From Auanema rhodensis (lineage: Eukaryota; Animalia; Nematoda), in NCBI GenBank assembly GCA_964057225.1, contig OZ059897.1, positions 13,454,001 through 13,518,000 of the forward strand: 64,000 nt of DNA. The letters are read 5' to 3'. Made by a program: the position numbers and the translations under genes. Of the stretch, positions 40,462 to 54,700 are shown in pieces. The number at the start of each line of letters is the position of its first letter. Position 1 is the stretch's first letter. The notes beneath the pieces were generated by a model that was not told where the DNA came from, made no database searches, and was given only the letters and a program-made list of their open reading frames with translations.

Positions 40462-43400
40462 TGACCTATATCAAACCGGACATCACACGGAGCGGCGAAT
40501 TTGCGAATAGAAATAGTATGCTTGAAGATGAATTTCTAACTAGACGGTTAGACAGAACGGGAGAGCAGTACTAGGAATAACGATTTCATTTTCAATTGCC
40601 TTTCACCCCTTTTCTATAAACGTACATCTATCATACTATCTATTTTCCCCTCCCTATCCCTCTCTCTCTCTTCATCTTCTTTATTTCCTTCTCTATCTTT
40701 CTCATTCAAATTTCAACAAGTCTGGAAATGGTTAGATGTTCCTCATCATTAAAATTTGTAAAATAGCCCGACATCACAATCGGTTTGACTCTTCAGGGTA
40801 ATGGAAGTAAAAACTATAGTTTGAATTTCGATATTAATTCTTGGAATTGAAGAGATTGTTGTGAAAAAAAATAAAACAAAATAAAAATATAAACCGTTAA
40901 TCTGAGAATAAAATCCCACACATTTTCGAGAAAACATATAAATGTTTGAAAAAAAAGTTTCAAAACATTGATGATAGATTGAAAGAATGAATTAAGTTTA
41001 GAAGCTGAACATAAACGGAAATATGATTGTTCAAACAGATGAAATTAACAAGTTAAAGAAAAAATAGAAATATGATTGAACAAAAGAGAAAGGGATATAG
41101 ATCACGTCATGTATCTCCTTAAAGAGTGAAAGTAATCAGATCGGAACAATAGCCGATTGAAAAGAAAATGAAGTGTGAGAAAGAACCGATGACCATATTT
41201 GATTGTTTCAGTTTCAAATGATGATAAAGACAAATTTCGGAATAGTTCAATAGAGCATGAATGAAATGATATAGAAATATAATATAGAAATCATTAACTT
41301 CTTTGCAATGTTGATGTAAATACAAAATGCGGCTAGAAGAAGATGAGAAAAGTAACAGAAATGTCGTAATTTCTGGATGAGAAACAGAATTGAAAGTTGT
41401 AAGTACAATATGAAATAGATAGCAGAAATGAAATATATGAAATCATCAATATTATCTATCCATATGTCAGATTCTTCAAAATTCTTTAACTTCTCTGTCG
41501 ATTTTAGTGTTAAATTCAACTCTATCATCATTCAACTATATGATAGAATATGTAGATAACTAGCTGTGAAACAAGTAGATTATCCAGCAAGCGCATTATG
41601 CCAACCCTGCTGACCTATTTTAGCAATGAAGAAGCATAACCGGACCTTTCTCCCCATATTGCCGTTCCGATCATCATCTATTCTTCATAATATGGTCATT
41701 CTCTCTCACTCTTTTCATTTCTCTTACTCTCTTCACTTTTCGTTCTTTCTTCATGTCACCTAATTCTTTTCACACAAATTACCTCCATACTAGTAATCAC
41801 GAAGGTGTGAATGTTTCAAAACTAATATAGTTTGAACGATTAATCAGAAACATGTGGAAAAGCTGATTGGCAAGCCGACACATATGTCAAATCAAAAATT
41901 ATCAAGAAACTGAACAAACAAAATTGAACTAAAAATAGAAAATAGGTATAAACTAAGAGTAGAAAAATTAGAAGATACTTGTCTAAAAAAGCTATATGCT
42001 ATAGAAGAATGTTGTGTTGAAAGAATGATGAAAACTTCATCGTGTGCTTTTGCTCTAGCTCGTTGACTGTACCAAACGAGAAGCTCATCGTGTCGCATTT
42101 CGTTGTCGGCCGGTTATTTCAACGTCAGTTTTTTACCAAACCGTTCAACAAACTGTTGCTATTTTCGGGTATTTCACTCAGCGTTTTCGGAACAGATGAA
42201 GCACAAACACAGAACATAGAATGGTCTACATAGGATGATGCTTTGTCTACTTTGCTCTCTGTATAGCTTGCGATATTTCGTTTCGTCTACCTTGTGAGGA
42301 GAACAACGGGCTAAAAATATTGAAAAAAAACTAAAAAAAAGAAGTGAATGGTTGTGAGAGAATGGACGAAGCAGGGTGGTATGGATGACGGCGTTGATTC
42401 AGTCGTCGTTGTGGACACCGATGACGCAAAGGACAATTGAACATAACTCTACAGTGATCAATAACCTTGCTCCATCGAGAGGCTAGACGAACGGTGTCTG
42501 GAGCATGATTAGCACAGAAAAAACTTCATGACAGTTTCTAAACAAGAATTACAGGACATACACTAATTGATTTCAAATCCGGTAATGCGAAAGGTATGTA
42601 TTTGTCATGTGTTATTAATCTTTCATGCAGCTTCGCATGAAATGAAGCAGGCCACTGGCTACAAGAGGATCAAGGAGTCAAGTTTGTCCGCCCCCCAGCC
42701 CACTTTCTCTCACTTTCAATTCGATCTCTGTTAGTATGTGTCTGGTCATCAGGTTGTTGTGAGTCAGGTTTTTTAAGATAATTATACAGTCAAAACAGCA
42801 ACAAACAACAAGTTTGTGAGAAAAAATGGATAGAACAAACAACATCGAACGGTTAAAATTAAACTAGACAAATGTCATATAGTAATAATAATAATAGTAA
42901 ATAAATGAAATAAATAGATGACTCTTTTGATCTTTGTTTTGTTCTTCGAACCTGAGTTCTGTAAGAGCAATAGTTACCGGGACATCTGGAAGACCGTCAG
43001 CTAGCCAACGTCCTACTATCGAAATAATGATGACAACGACGAAAATGGTGATGATGACGGTCAGGGCAAGCAAATACAAGAGACAGAAGCCGCAGCTCTT
43101 ACTCTATCTCTCGTTAATACTCAATGCTAAACGGTGTTCTCTACCACTCTATCATATTCTCTTTGACTTTTTTCTAAGCGATATTATACGAACACCTGGT
43201 GGATAAGGAGGGGGAAATGGATGGTGAAGAAGCTGAGGTCTTGTGTCTGTACAAACTGACACATCATCAGCTTTTAAGGTCAAGCAGTCAACTATTATGC
43301 GGTTAAGAAACGATTTCTGAATCTCTAACAACAAAAAAGAAAAACTAGGTTTACAGACTTGTTGATCTCAACGTCTTTGAAACAATTAAGTGACCATAAT

Positions 43401-46400
43401 CATTAGAGAAACAATAAAAACATATAGTTCTTGAAAATTAACAACGAACGACGAAATTGTTTCCAAAAATTATGAGAAACAACGCCATCTTACAGATGGT
43501 ATTGGTGTTTTTGCATCGTATGATCATTGGAACTGTCGCTATACCTTCATGTAAACATCGGAGAAAATGAGTTTGTATAAATACTAAAATAGAATCAATT
43601 CAAGAAAACTTCGAAGCTTTCTGGTTCCTGGAACGTCCACGTATGGAAAATAGAAAACGAGAGGAGGTAGAGGACTATCAAGTTCACGACCGACTGACCC
43701 CGACCAGTTTCACACGAGGATTCAGCATCGGATTGACCGGATATTACATGAACGTGTTTAAGGGACTTCACCGAATGATGACTACAAAATTAGGAATGAA
43801 ATTCTAAAGAGTGGCGTCAAAGCTTTCATTATTATATGGAAATCGGATAATATTTGGAAATAGAACTTTAGGTATTTAAAGCAAAAGGAACGAAATTGAG
43901 TGCATTTACAATGATGAAATCGTGAAATGAAAAGTTGGAGATCGAGAAAAAACTTCAACGATAGGATAATCAGAGATGGTGATGACAACAATAAGAATAA
44001 AAAAGTTTTTTAATCGTTTAAATCAAATTCCAAACACAATGAAATTAAAAAAATGAAACTTCCACGACAATTGCGAGCAAAACGAATGAAAACAATGAGA
44101 GTATGAGAATCAGCTTCAGCGGAGGATAGACAGACTGGACGATGATGAGATCCAAACGAGAGTGAAGGCTACTCAAGAGTTATGATGATGACCTGTCCTT
44201 GAACTGAACATCATACAGCCTCTTCAAAAAAAGGCATAGTTAGATACAAACCCTTGGCCTGAGATCAAATAAAGGACATGCATTTCAAGGCAATAGATAT
44301 ATCTCTGCTTAAAGACAATACTGTTAACAGATGCTCAATTGAGTAACATCCTTAGTGTATACGGAGAGATGAAACTTCGGCAAAAAATATAGTTATTGAT
44401 ACATGTTGTTAACATAATCAGATTTGCCTATGAGAAAGCAAACAATGCAATGAGAGTCGTAAATTCAATTTTCTTAAAATCGTCAAGAAATAACTGCTGT
44501 AGAAGAAATGAAAATTTAAGATCAAAGAATGCGGATGTCGCCCTTGTTCATATAATCGGGAAAGAACAGGAGCGATGCTATCGAAAAAGGAAGGAGCTAT
44601 AGGCTTCCGGTAACTGTTCATTCCTGGAATATATTTTCAGGTCACATGAAAAACTATCAGTACAGAATCTCCATAAACTGAGGCAAGCCATATGAAGGCT
44701 GGCTGAGTTGTCTGCCCGCGAGCTGGTAAGTGGCCCCACCTGAGTCTGACCTGGCCTCTGGTCCACCTTTTTATGCTCAAAGAGAAATAGATGAAAGATC
44801 AGGTCAAATGAGGAGAAGAAGAGAATAGAAAGCTAAATGAGAAGAAGTAAAACACACAAATACATACGCAGTATATAGCATATAGAGCCAATGAGAGTAA
44901 GAGAAAGATAGAGAGATATGTAGCGATTGGTGCACTGAGAGGGACAAGAGTTGAAGAAACGATGAAAAAGAGATAGTTCGTAAAACAGGAGAAACAGACA
45001 GAAAGAACTGTAAATAGGAGCTAAATAACAAGAGAAAGATAAAAAGAGAAGAGCATTAAAGAAATGAAAAGAAATGATGTCCTGAACACAAGAGTGGGTG
45101 GTCGAGCTAAAAATAAAGAGAGAAGGGATAGAAGAAAAACGAGAGGTAATGACTCCCTATACAAGGTAAACATACGGGGACGTGCTCCGAGTATGGATAA
45201 AGAAACAAGATAACTGTTTGATATTATGAGTAAGATATTTTACTTCAAAAATCCTTCTATTGCCTAGAATATTTGCAATTACATTTAAAACTAAAGGTAT
45301 ACGTTTTTTAAACAAACTATAAAGGATAAAAGAGAAAGTGACTTACGAAAGAACCAAGAAAACGAAATTAAGCAGTCAGACTGTTTGATGACTGACCGAA
45401 TTGAAATGGAAAGCTGGAAGAAGGGACAACGACGATGACATATTCGAAAGCGAAAAGTCCGGGGGAAAACGAAAGGCGGGAGGGTCGTATGGACGCATTG
45501 GAACGGGCTACACTAACCCAAGAAAAAGGTGAAAGTGGAACGACGACCAGGAAGATAATGACGACGAGAGACAAGAAAAGGGGAAGTCAAAATAGACAGC
45601 TTGATGACGAGGACAACGATAGTGTGAAGAAGATTATAAAATTTAAAAAGGATACATAGACATATAAGAATTATAGAAATATTTAATTTTGCAAACAGAA
45701 AAGGTCATAGAAATCTGATTTTTCGATATCTTGATCGATTATATAAGAATTAGAGAAGGTACTTGAAGAAGATGGTGAAAACTTTTAAGAACATTAGCCA
45801 AATTTGTAAGTTTTCGAAACTTATTAATATTGAGCCGCAACATCCTGGACCAAGCTTAATCAAGAGTTCTACGAATTGAGCTAATAGGAATATGACCAGA
45901 TGTTCACAATCAATCAAGCAGGAATATTAGAAATGAAACAAAAACAGTCAACAGGTTCAAAGAGAACAGCAGAAATAATGCGAGTGGGAGAGAGAGGGTA
46001 GAAAAGAAGAAGGAAAATGGAGAAAGAAAGATTGTTAGAGAAAAAGCTGAAAAAGGGTAATGAAAGAACAAAATGAGCGATAATAAATACGAACAAACAT
46101 AGTTTCAATTGTTTTCAAAACATCAGCGGAGCAAGCAAAACACAATAAGAAACAACGAAAAAACGGTCAAAACTTCTTTAACCTTTTGTATGATGAAGAA
46201 AGCTATGTTAAACATCAGTCAGTCACGTAGTCTAACAAACTACAGCGTCTCACATTCAATACTTCTCATCATCACAATCGTCATCAGCATTGTCGTCCAT
46301 CAATAGCATCATTGTGGGTTCATCATTTGTTATGTTGCCTTTATGTGTTTATATGTATCTGTTTGTCTGTATGTTGCTTGCACTATCTGTCAGCTTTTCG

Positions 46401-49010
46401 GCAGATTCTGATATGCCACATGACTGTGAAGCAATATCTAATCTGTCTAGGGGCCAATGAGACATAGACAACCACAGGCTGAAGCTGTAAACAGAGTGAC
46501 CTGGAAAGACCCTGTAAACATCCAGTGCAAGGCCACGGACAAGCTGGAAAGCAAAAGGCTTTCAGAGAGAAAGAAGAGAAAGCGAAAGAGACAGCTTTTG
46601 GAGAAGGAGTAGATTGTGAGAAGAGGGCCAGAGGCAAAGACCATTCCGTGTAAACAACATTGTATCTCTGGGAGTAACCGCTTAACAACTAGATGAATGA
46701 GTAGAAGAAACATTTTCTATTCATCGAGTAATATTTCTCCTTATGTCTCTTAGGATTCTATACTAACTACTTAGAAATGACCCCAAGGCTGAGCAGGGAG
46801 CCGGCTTTTCCTTTCGTTTCTTCACCCTCTCATCCAATCTCTTAATATATATGCTCTTAGAAATCCTATGCAACGATGTGTTCTTAAGTAGAAAGAGAAT
46901 TACCATTCTAAATACATATAGAAACAATTCAGTTATTGAAGTCTATGATGATGACGACATGATCATCATCTACAAGACCTAGAGCCATCTGGAAAAGATC
47001 ATCCAATAAAACATTAACACAATTTATTTGAATGATGAATGATTTTATGAGAGAATGAATATTTTATAATAAAACTATAAATAATACTAAAGATGAAGTA
47101 ACGAAAGACAGAAAAATAAAACTTGAAGTAGAACACGATGTTAGAACGCTTCATAATTCAGCCGACAAGTAGAGTCTACTTTAAGCAACAATAATTTAAA
47201 CAAAATAATTATATTAAGTTTATAGAAAGAAAGAAAAAAAAATAAAATGACATTAATCGAAAGGTCCTAATGAAACCCGTTGAAAAGAAGTCCTCGTATT
47301 ATCAGAATGATACTGTTTGACCTGGTGACCCAACATCACCTTTTCAAATGAGAACTTAGCGGCCAGACGATAAATAAGCACAAATCAGTTATCGGGACCA
47401 TTACCATCAAGCATAGAACAATCGAGGCAGATTCTTCTCTTGATTGAGAGGAAAAGCAAATAAATAAGGTTAAATCAATCAAAAACCATTCACCTATCAA
47501 TTAACATGTTAGTTATGCATCTTTATTTCATCCAGACAAGCGAATTCCTTTTGTTTCTAACTTGTGATTTCAAAAAATTTAAATATTTCTTCGTATAGGT
47601 TTGATATACATTAAAACCGCAAATCTGGCACAATGAACTCTAATTTTAAAAAATCTAATCTTTTAGCCAATTTTCCGGTTCTTTGAAATAAAGGAAGAGC
47701 AGGTATGTCGGTCACTAGAGGAGCTGAAACTGGGACAAATTTTATTCTTTTTTCGACTATACAAATAGCACAATGGCAACCCAGCCGGGAGGTCTGAAAT
47801 CGCGCTAATTTCTGAAGCTACAGCAGAAGATGCCTCGAAGAAACCGTGGAAACGATATGTGACAGTCACCTAGAACAGGCAGGTGCTAGAAGCGGATCTC
47901 CTTATATCGCGAGCTCAGGCCGCATATTAAGTGGTAGCCTCTGTGTTATTCATATAATACAAAAGACACACATTTTCATTGATGGCAGCTTAATTGGCTT
48001 GAAACTGTGTAAGTCATTCAACACGAAAAGCAATGAGTGGTTTGAGTAGATCGAGGTCAATCAGGGTCACATCTGCCTGTAGCTTGTCCCTTGCAGAGAT
48101 CTCATATCTAGAATCAGAATAATCACGAATCAATCTGAATATATATATACTTATATATCTTTTAGAAAAATTTTAATATATTATAGCAAATATATTTTAT
48201 AATTTACTTATTAATTGAATAAAAAAACAATCTAAAGCTTTAATTATATTAATAATAAAGACGGTAGGTGAGAATCGTTCTATACCTAACAAAGGAGAAA
48301 ATTACTTTTCACACATACTTTGTTGAAAATGTTTCATTCAATTTATATTACATCTTCAGATTTAAGCTAATTTCTCTAGGTCAAAACAATCATATAATAT
48401 AGACTTTACCTAACTCTTCGCATATTGTTCTGTTCAGGACGGAACTTCAAGGAATTTGGTTTGCAAATTGCTTTATTAATGGTCCAGTCCTGAACTTGGA
48501 AATTCACAAAAGTGCTTTGAAGATGATCTAATTGTCTTTTCCGTATACGGCATAGACCTATATCCTTGTCCTAGATGTCGTCTTTCTTCCAAATACGGTC
48601 GACTGTCGCCAGATGGCGCGGCGCCTACAAACGGTTGCTAGCAACAGAACTAGATAATTATAAAATAACTATCAGAAGTTAGCCTTCTGTCGGCAAGTTC
48701 ATCATATATGTTTATATGTAAAAAGATTAGATATATACACCATTATAGTACTATAGTTCGCGTTCTTCCTGGTATTAGGGTATTAAATGGAAGTTTAGTA
48801 ATGAACTTCATTATATATAACTTTCTAACATCATTCAAATGATTTGTGTAAAGCACAGATTCACGAATCATATCTTGGAATAAGAATCTTTATTCTGGAG
48901 ATATATCCAGAAGGATGTTTCACCTCCTAAGGCTGTTCTCATTTTCGTACCATAATTTCCATTCGATGTCACTTTCTTACCATGTGCGATCGGTCGCACT
49001 TTTTAGGTCA
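40462..49010. promoter_or_regulatory. Extended upstream regulatory region of atf-2, rich in RGGTCA half-sites including RORE-, DR2- and DR4-like elements
   Basis: 17 RGGTCA/TGACCY sites counted by eye (positions listed in the finding); no convincing coding exons in this interval. Confidence 0.5.
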
Positions 49011-49590
49011 ATCCCTGTGATCGAGGGCAGTTGGAAAGCCACCTTGCACTTATTGAAAACTGATCGTCACCTCGTTTATGTTGAAAGGGAATTCGAATAT
49101 ATTAAAGTGAAAGTAATGCAAAATGCTAAAAAATATATTTATCATGTAAAAAACGAAGCAGAAATTGCATGAAAACTAATAAAAACTAGAATTAGTCAAG
49201 AATGTGAGAAGCCAGAGTATATAAAATTGCTAACTCTGGGAGAAAGTGCAAAATTAGCATTAGAAAGATTAATCGAACGAATATATCTAGAAAATATTAG
49301 TAAAGAATCTAAACGGCTTAACAGTCCAAATGGGAACAAATATGGTCCTAAAAAGTAATATTAATTAAACGAACGACCGGTACTACAACAGGATTCATCT
49401 GATTCCCACAGGACTAGGGAAATTATTATCATTTAAAACCCATATTCACATGATATGTACAGGCACCCATGAAAAGCTGAAGAAAAAACAGGTAGGTAAA
49501 ATAATGCAAACAACAATGAAAAACCAGAAGGAATTGAGCTGGCTATATCGCAACATGAATTTAAAAATCGTTCTGTTAAAACGTCTAAAG

Positions 49591-51788
49591 TCAATTAGTT
49601 ACAGGAGACTCAGATTCAGTAGAATCTTCAGCAGTTTCATTGACTTTGGGAGGACATCTTTGAAAAGGAGTTTCGTCATGAATCAAATGGGAAATAACGT
49701 CTGATTGTGATACACAAGCTATAGGCTGTCCATCAGCATTAATTATAAAAACACTTCTAGTATGACGACTGCATAGTAAAGCATCAAGAATCTAAACCAG
49801 AAAAATTTTCAATTTTCAATTTGTAGTTTGGCTTACTTTTCCAACTGAATCAGTCGCTCTCATAAACCGTTTAGCTGGCCTAGAGGAAAGAATAGAAGCC
49901 ACGGGTGACCCAATAAGCTGAGACTGAAATCAAAAATCATAAGATACATTTTGAGCCATGAGACAAACATGTTGTTCTACTGGAGTCACTCTTAGAGCAA
50001 GAGCAAGATCAGCTTTGCAGAGCACATCCAAAGCTTTGCCAGTTTCATCTACAATAGGAAAAGAGGAGACTCTTGTATCCAACATCATACGCACAGCGAA
50101 AGAGACGGAATCTTTGGTGGTTAACTGTAAAGAACAGATAATGAAGAAAAATAAATTTAAAAATACTCTATGAATATTTTGATTCCAAGTGCCAACAGAA
50201 GAATAATTAATAGGACAACTAAGCCATTGAGCAAAATGAAGCGATCGGTTCTAAAAATAATTGCATTTTAAAAAAATAAAAAATATATTTACCTGCTTAT
50301 GTATAGCTTGTAATATACGTTTGATAGTCAGCAAGTATAGAACATCTCCTGAGCCTGGTTCAGTAATTACCAGACGATGAACATGATTCAAGCAAAACTC
50401 TTCACAAGCATCCAATAATCTTTAAAATATTTAAATAATAAATAATTTTTAAGCTTTAAAACCTCTTTTCAGCTGACATTGTAACAAGTTCATTCCCCGA
50501 TAATATAGACGATAACGATTGTTGTGAGGTAGTTGGACGATCTGATTGAAGAAGTCCAAAGAAGTCAGTAAGAGTAACAATAGAAACAATCTGAAAAAAT
50601 AAAATAGTTAGAATATTCAAAACAAAAGTCTAGCCGGCTTATTGGTTTACGTTGGGATATTTAAATATATTTTATAAAACGTTCAAACAATGGTAAAAAT
50701 GGAAACAAGAAAATATAATACAATTTTCTTCCCCTTGCTCTTTTTTTTTTATTTTTTCCAAAACTACGAGAGCGTATGTAACAACTTTTTTTATTAAAAA
50801 TGAATTTCTAAAGATTTTGCCACTTTCTTTAGATAAATTAGTTTTGTAGAAATACCTTATTTTGAGTTGCATCCCACACAAGTCCTGCTCCAACATTATT
50901 ATCACATAAAGCGGCAAAAGCCTTTTCAACCTGAAAAGAATACGATAAGCAAGAATAACTGTTTTCGAATGAATCACAATCTTTCTATAATTCTACATGA
51001 AATGTACTACGTAACTCACCTTCATCTCTTTATCAAGAGCTATGATATTTCCAGCAACAGGAGCTAACTCATAACAGTCTACTACTTTCATATACTGCCG
51101 ATAAGGATCGGATTGAGCATCTAAAAGAGTCATTTAATGTTTTAAAAAACAAAGAAGCATACCGACTAAACCAACAACGTCAACTGATAATGGGCGCGAA
51201 GTTTTACGCAAGATAAGAAAATCCTGTGAAGCAAAAACCAAATATTTGAAACGTTCAATTAAAGCTTACCGAACTATTACTCCTAGGTCTACGAAAAGCT
51301 GTTTCATCATCATAAAAATCGGCTTCGGCTCCCCCTTCCCTGAGATCGTAAACAGACTCTACTTGACAAGCAGAAACCTAAAAAGCAAAAACAAGATCAG
51401 AAGGTATTTAGGACCTAATCAGCAAAAGGCCAGTCAAAGTTTACCTGAACTTTCATCAATTGCCGTGGCTTTTGCATCATCTGGGAGTTCAGGCTTTCAC
51501 TCCGAGGACGAACCATTAAATTCCGAAGACCTAAAAATATTAAATTGATAGAATATTGCGAAAATAAAACTCACCAGAAAGTATAGACGGATGACGATGT
51601 ACACTTCCCGAATTATGTCTTTTCCTCACAGTAGCAGCTTCCTCCTTGGGAGCTTAAATGAGCAATTGAGTATTCAATATAATTGAAAAAAACTAACAAC
51701 TCTTCGGGGATATATGTGGACTATATACATTACATGGTAAAGCTGTTGTGTGCACAGACTGAGGTGTCACCCTATATGAATGGCTCAT
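49591..51788 (-). CDS. AMP-activated protein kinase gamma-like subunit (4 CBS domains; aakg family, atypical)
   Basis: DPYRQYMKVVDCYELAP...LDKEMKVEKAFAALCDNNVGAGLVWD...IVTLTDF; NHVHRLVITEPGSGDVLYLLTIKRIL; VGTWNQNI...RVSSFPIVDETG...CKADL; VSQSDVI. Aligns with AMPK gamma CBS1-4. The ATG lies 3 nt after a perfect TTTTCAG; additional upstream exons are possible. Confidence 0.88.
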
Positions 51789-54700
51789 CCCCTGAAAATG
51801 AGATATGAACAATTACTCATATATAAATAAGAAAATAAGTCAACATAAACTGAGAAACATAACAAAGATCATTAGCAGAAAGTATTTATCTGAGTAACAA
51901 AAGAAATTCTAGCGTGTATGAGTGGATAAGAAGAAAACGAATGCACCTAAGAAATGGATAAGCTTGTATTAAATATCTAAGTGAACAAAAAAAGAAATTC
52001 GACACCTCTTCTTCCTATACATAGTGTAGAAGAAAAACCTGGCCAATGAATGGTGTTGTTTGCGAGAAGTCGGAATAACAAATAGAAAAAACAATAGTTG
52101 CATACTTCGTCACGACGGCATTGCGATGACTTTGGAATTTTTGATCGAAATCAGATTCATGAAAATTAGATTTTAAACACACTAGAAGTGAGGATGTGAT
52201 GCAATTGTTCACACAGTTGTCAGCAACGGATACGGGCAAAACAAAAAATGAGATTGAAGGCTAAGAACTCATTTATAGCCTCATTATACCGAAATTCTGT
52301 TGTTTTTTTTTGAAATAGAACAATCCATCATTTGTCTCAGAATAAAAGGAGCAGCGAAAGACGCAACAAACAGATTTACGAGCTCTCAAGCAAAACAAGA
52401 ACATTCTCACAAAAAATAAAACACAAGAACCTTGTAATTTGAAAAATGCACAAATCTTGACGTACATACATACTTCTGAGCTTATTGCAAAGAACTTGAA
52501 TGGCATGAAGTATGAGAGAAACAATAAGTAACCCTTTTCTGCTGAACCAGCAATGTCGGTAATGAATAAATCAGTAAAACCAGAAAAGTCTATATATTGA
52601 TGAGAAGCTAATGCTTTAATTTGGGATACAAACTGAAGAGTGCATGATTACTATATGACAGAAGTAAAAAACAAAATATCAAGCATATTAATTGAAACTA
52701 TGTCGTTGAATTTATGTTAGCAACTGGATGACTATACAAGGAAACAAAGGCAGAAATTTTCAAATTAATGAAACAAGATAAGACGTATAGACGAAATATG
52801 TTCAGAGACCATGCAATTGATAGATAACAATTTTGTAATCAGAATGCTCTTAAGAATGATAAAATCAAAGAATGATAAAATAAGAAAAAGTTTATACTTC
52901 AAAAAAGGCTGTCTCAAGCGAGGGTGGTTTGTTAGATGTCATTCATTGCAGAATGGTAAATAGTTGAGCCGGAACGAAATGAGAATTGAAAGCTCAAATA
53001 TACAATACCACGATTGCTACACGATGTCCTTCGAGAAATTAATTGAAATTGACAATTTGAATGAAATGTAAATTACATCACGAAATGAACCCCAGCTTGG
53101 TACATATTTTGATAAATTTCATTCTATCTCTAGAACTACAAAGAGAAATAGACACTGATGTGAACAAAATACATCAAAGTTGTTCTTTCAAAGAGTGACA
53201 AAACTAAGTAAAAAACCAGGACAACCCTCCTTGTCTCGTTGAAGAAGTTACCACACTTTGCTCTTTAGTGTAAAGGAAGCCTGCTTACTCGGTTCGCAAG
53301 TCTCATATAGCCAAACGGAATATAAAAGAAATAGTCTGGTTTCCTCGTCCCCCGCACATGGCCGTTTTGCCAAAGCCTTCCTCTCAGACTCTAAACCCAA
53401 CCAAAAATATGACGAAAAGATGGAATGAAAGGAGAAACATAATCGTATAAAAATAAATATAAATTATAATTAAGAAAACATGAAAGAATATATCTATCAC
53501 ATGCATAAACATATTTTGGAAAGGTGACCCTGTGAAAAAAAACAGCTTTCAATTCTTTCAGTAACAATTATTAAACCAAGTAAAAATAAATTACAGAATA
53601 ATAAAATATTTGAACAATAATTTAAATTGTAAGAAACTAAAAGAAAATAATTGAAAATAATTATTTAGTAGATTAGGTAGTAGTTAATCATAAAATAACA
53701 GATGAAGTGGAGAATAAAAGCTAACATTTCAATAAGTTAAAAGAAAGTAGCAAAATCTAATGCCAAGAAGAGATGAGCAATACAAATTTTTTTAAGAAAG
53801 AAAAGAATTTTCGAACTTTATCAAATTCAGCCTCGTACAACTGAACGCACCGATCTGGTGTGAAAAAAGTACAAAAGGAGTAATAGAAAAGATTTTCAAG
53901 GTCAAAATGCATCAACAAAAAGACAGTCAGACATTAAACGAAACAGCATTGAATCCAAATATGTCGATGCATAACATATCATATAAAGTTTTAGGAATAT
54001 ACAAAACTGAAAGAGATGCTGGGATGTTCAGTGAAAACTCAACAAAACTACATTCGATCCATTGTTTTCGCTTCTCGCCCTAGAGACAAAAAAGTAAAGT
54101 AGATAGAATGGACAGAATAGATGATACACTATAAATCCGAAAAGTTAACTTGGTGGGGATGCTAAGAATAACTATATGTTTAAACAGCTGAACTTTATTC
54201 ACATACATATTATGAGAAAGTATATATAAAACGAAGTATTCAAAAATTACAGAATCCATAGCTTCATGCACTAATCTAATCTTTAGAAAATCAACTGCCG
54301 TATCAAAAAAACAAAGTACTTATGAGAAAGAAAAACAACCTGTGCGAACAGATGGTATTTGCCAAAATAAAGAAAGAAATAAACATGCGAAATACAGTCC
54401 ACATGCTCAGTATCATGTTGGCATCAAAAGTCGACGAATCCGTAGTTAGATCAATGTGATGTTCTATTGATATATACATCATACAAGAGGAAGAAAGATA
54501 TGAAAATAATAACGTGAACGGCTGATGGTCAGATCGGCTGAGACAGAAATGGGCGCGGTTACTTGTAAACACCACGCAGTACAATTAATCTAGGAAACTA
54601 AAAACGTTTTGTGGTGATAGTTCAGTTCTTAGAAATGAACCGGTTTGATTGAAGTTTCTAGAGAATAGCCAGTGAAGAATAACTTTTTTGTTGCGTAAGG

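Noticed and set aside
42864-43079. Hydrophobic ORF resembling a TM micropeptide
   Set aside because: Starts at TTG with no ATG; hydrophobicity comes from low-complexity TCA/TCG repeats
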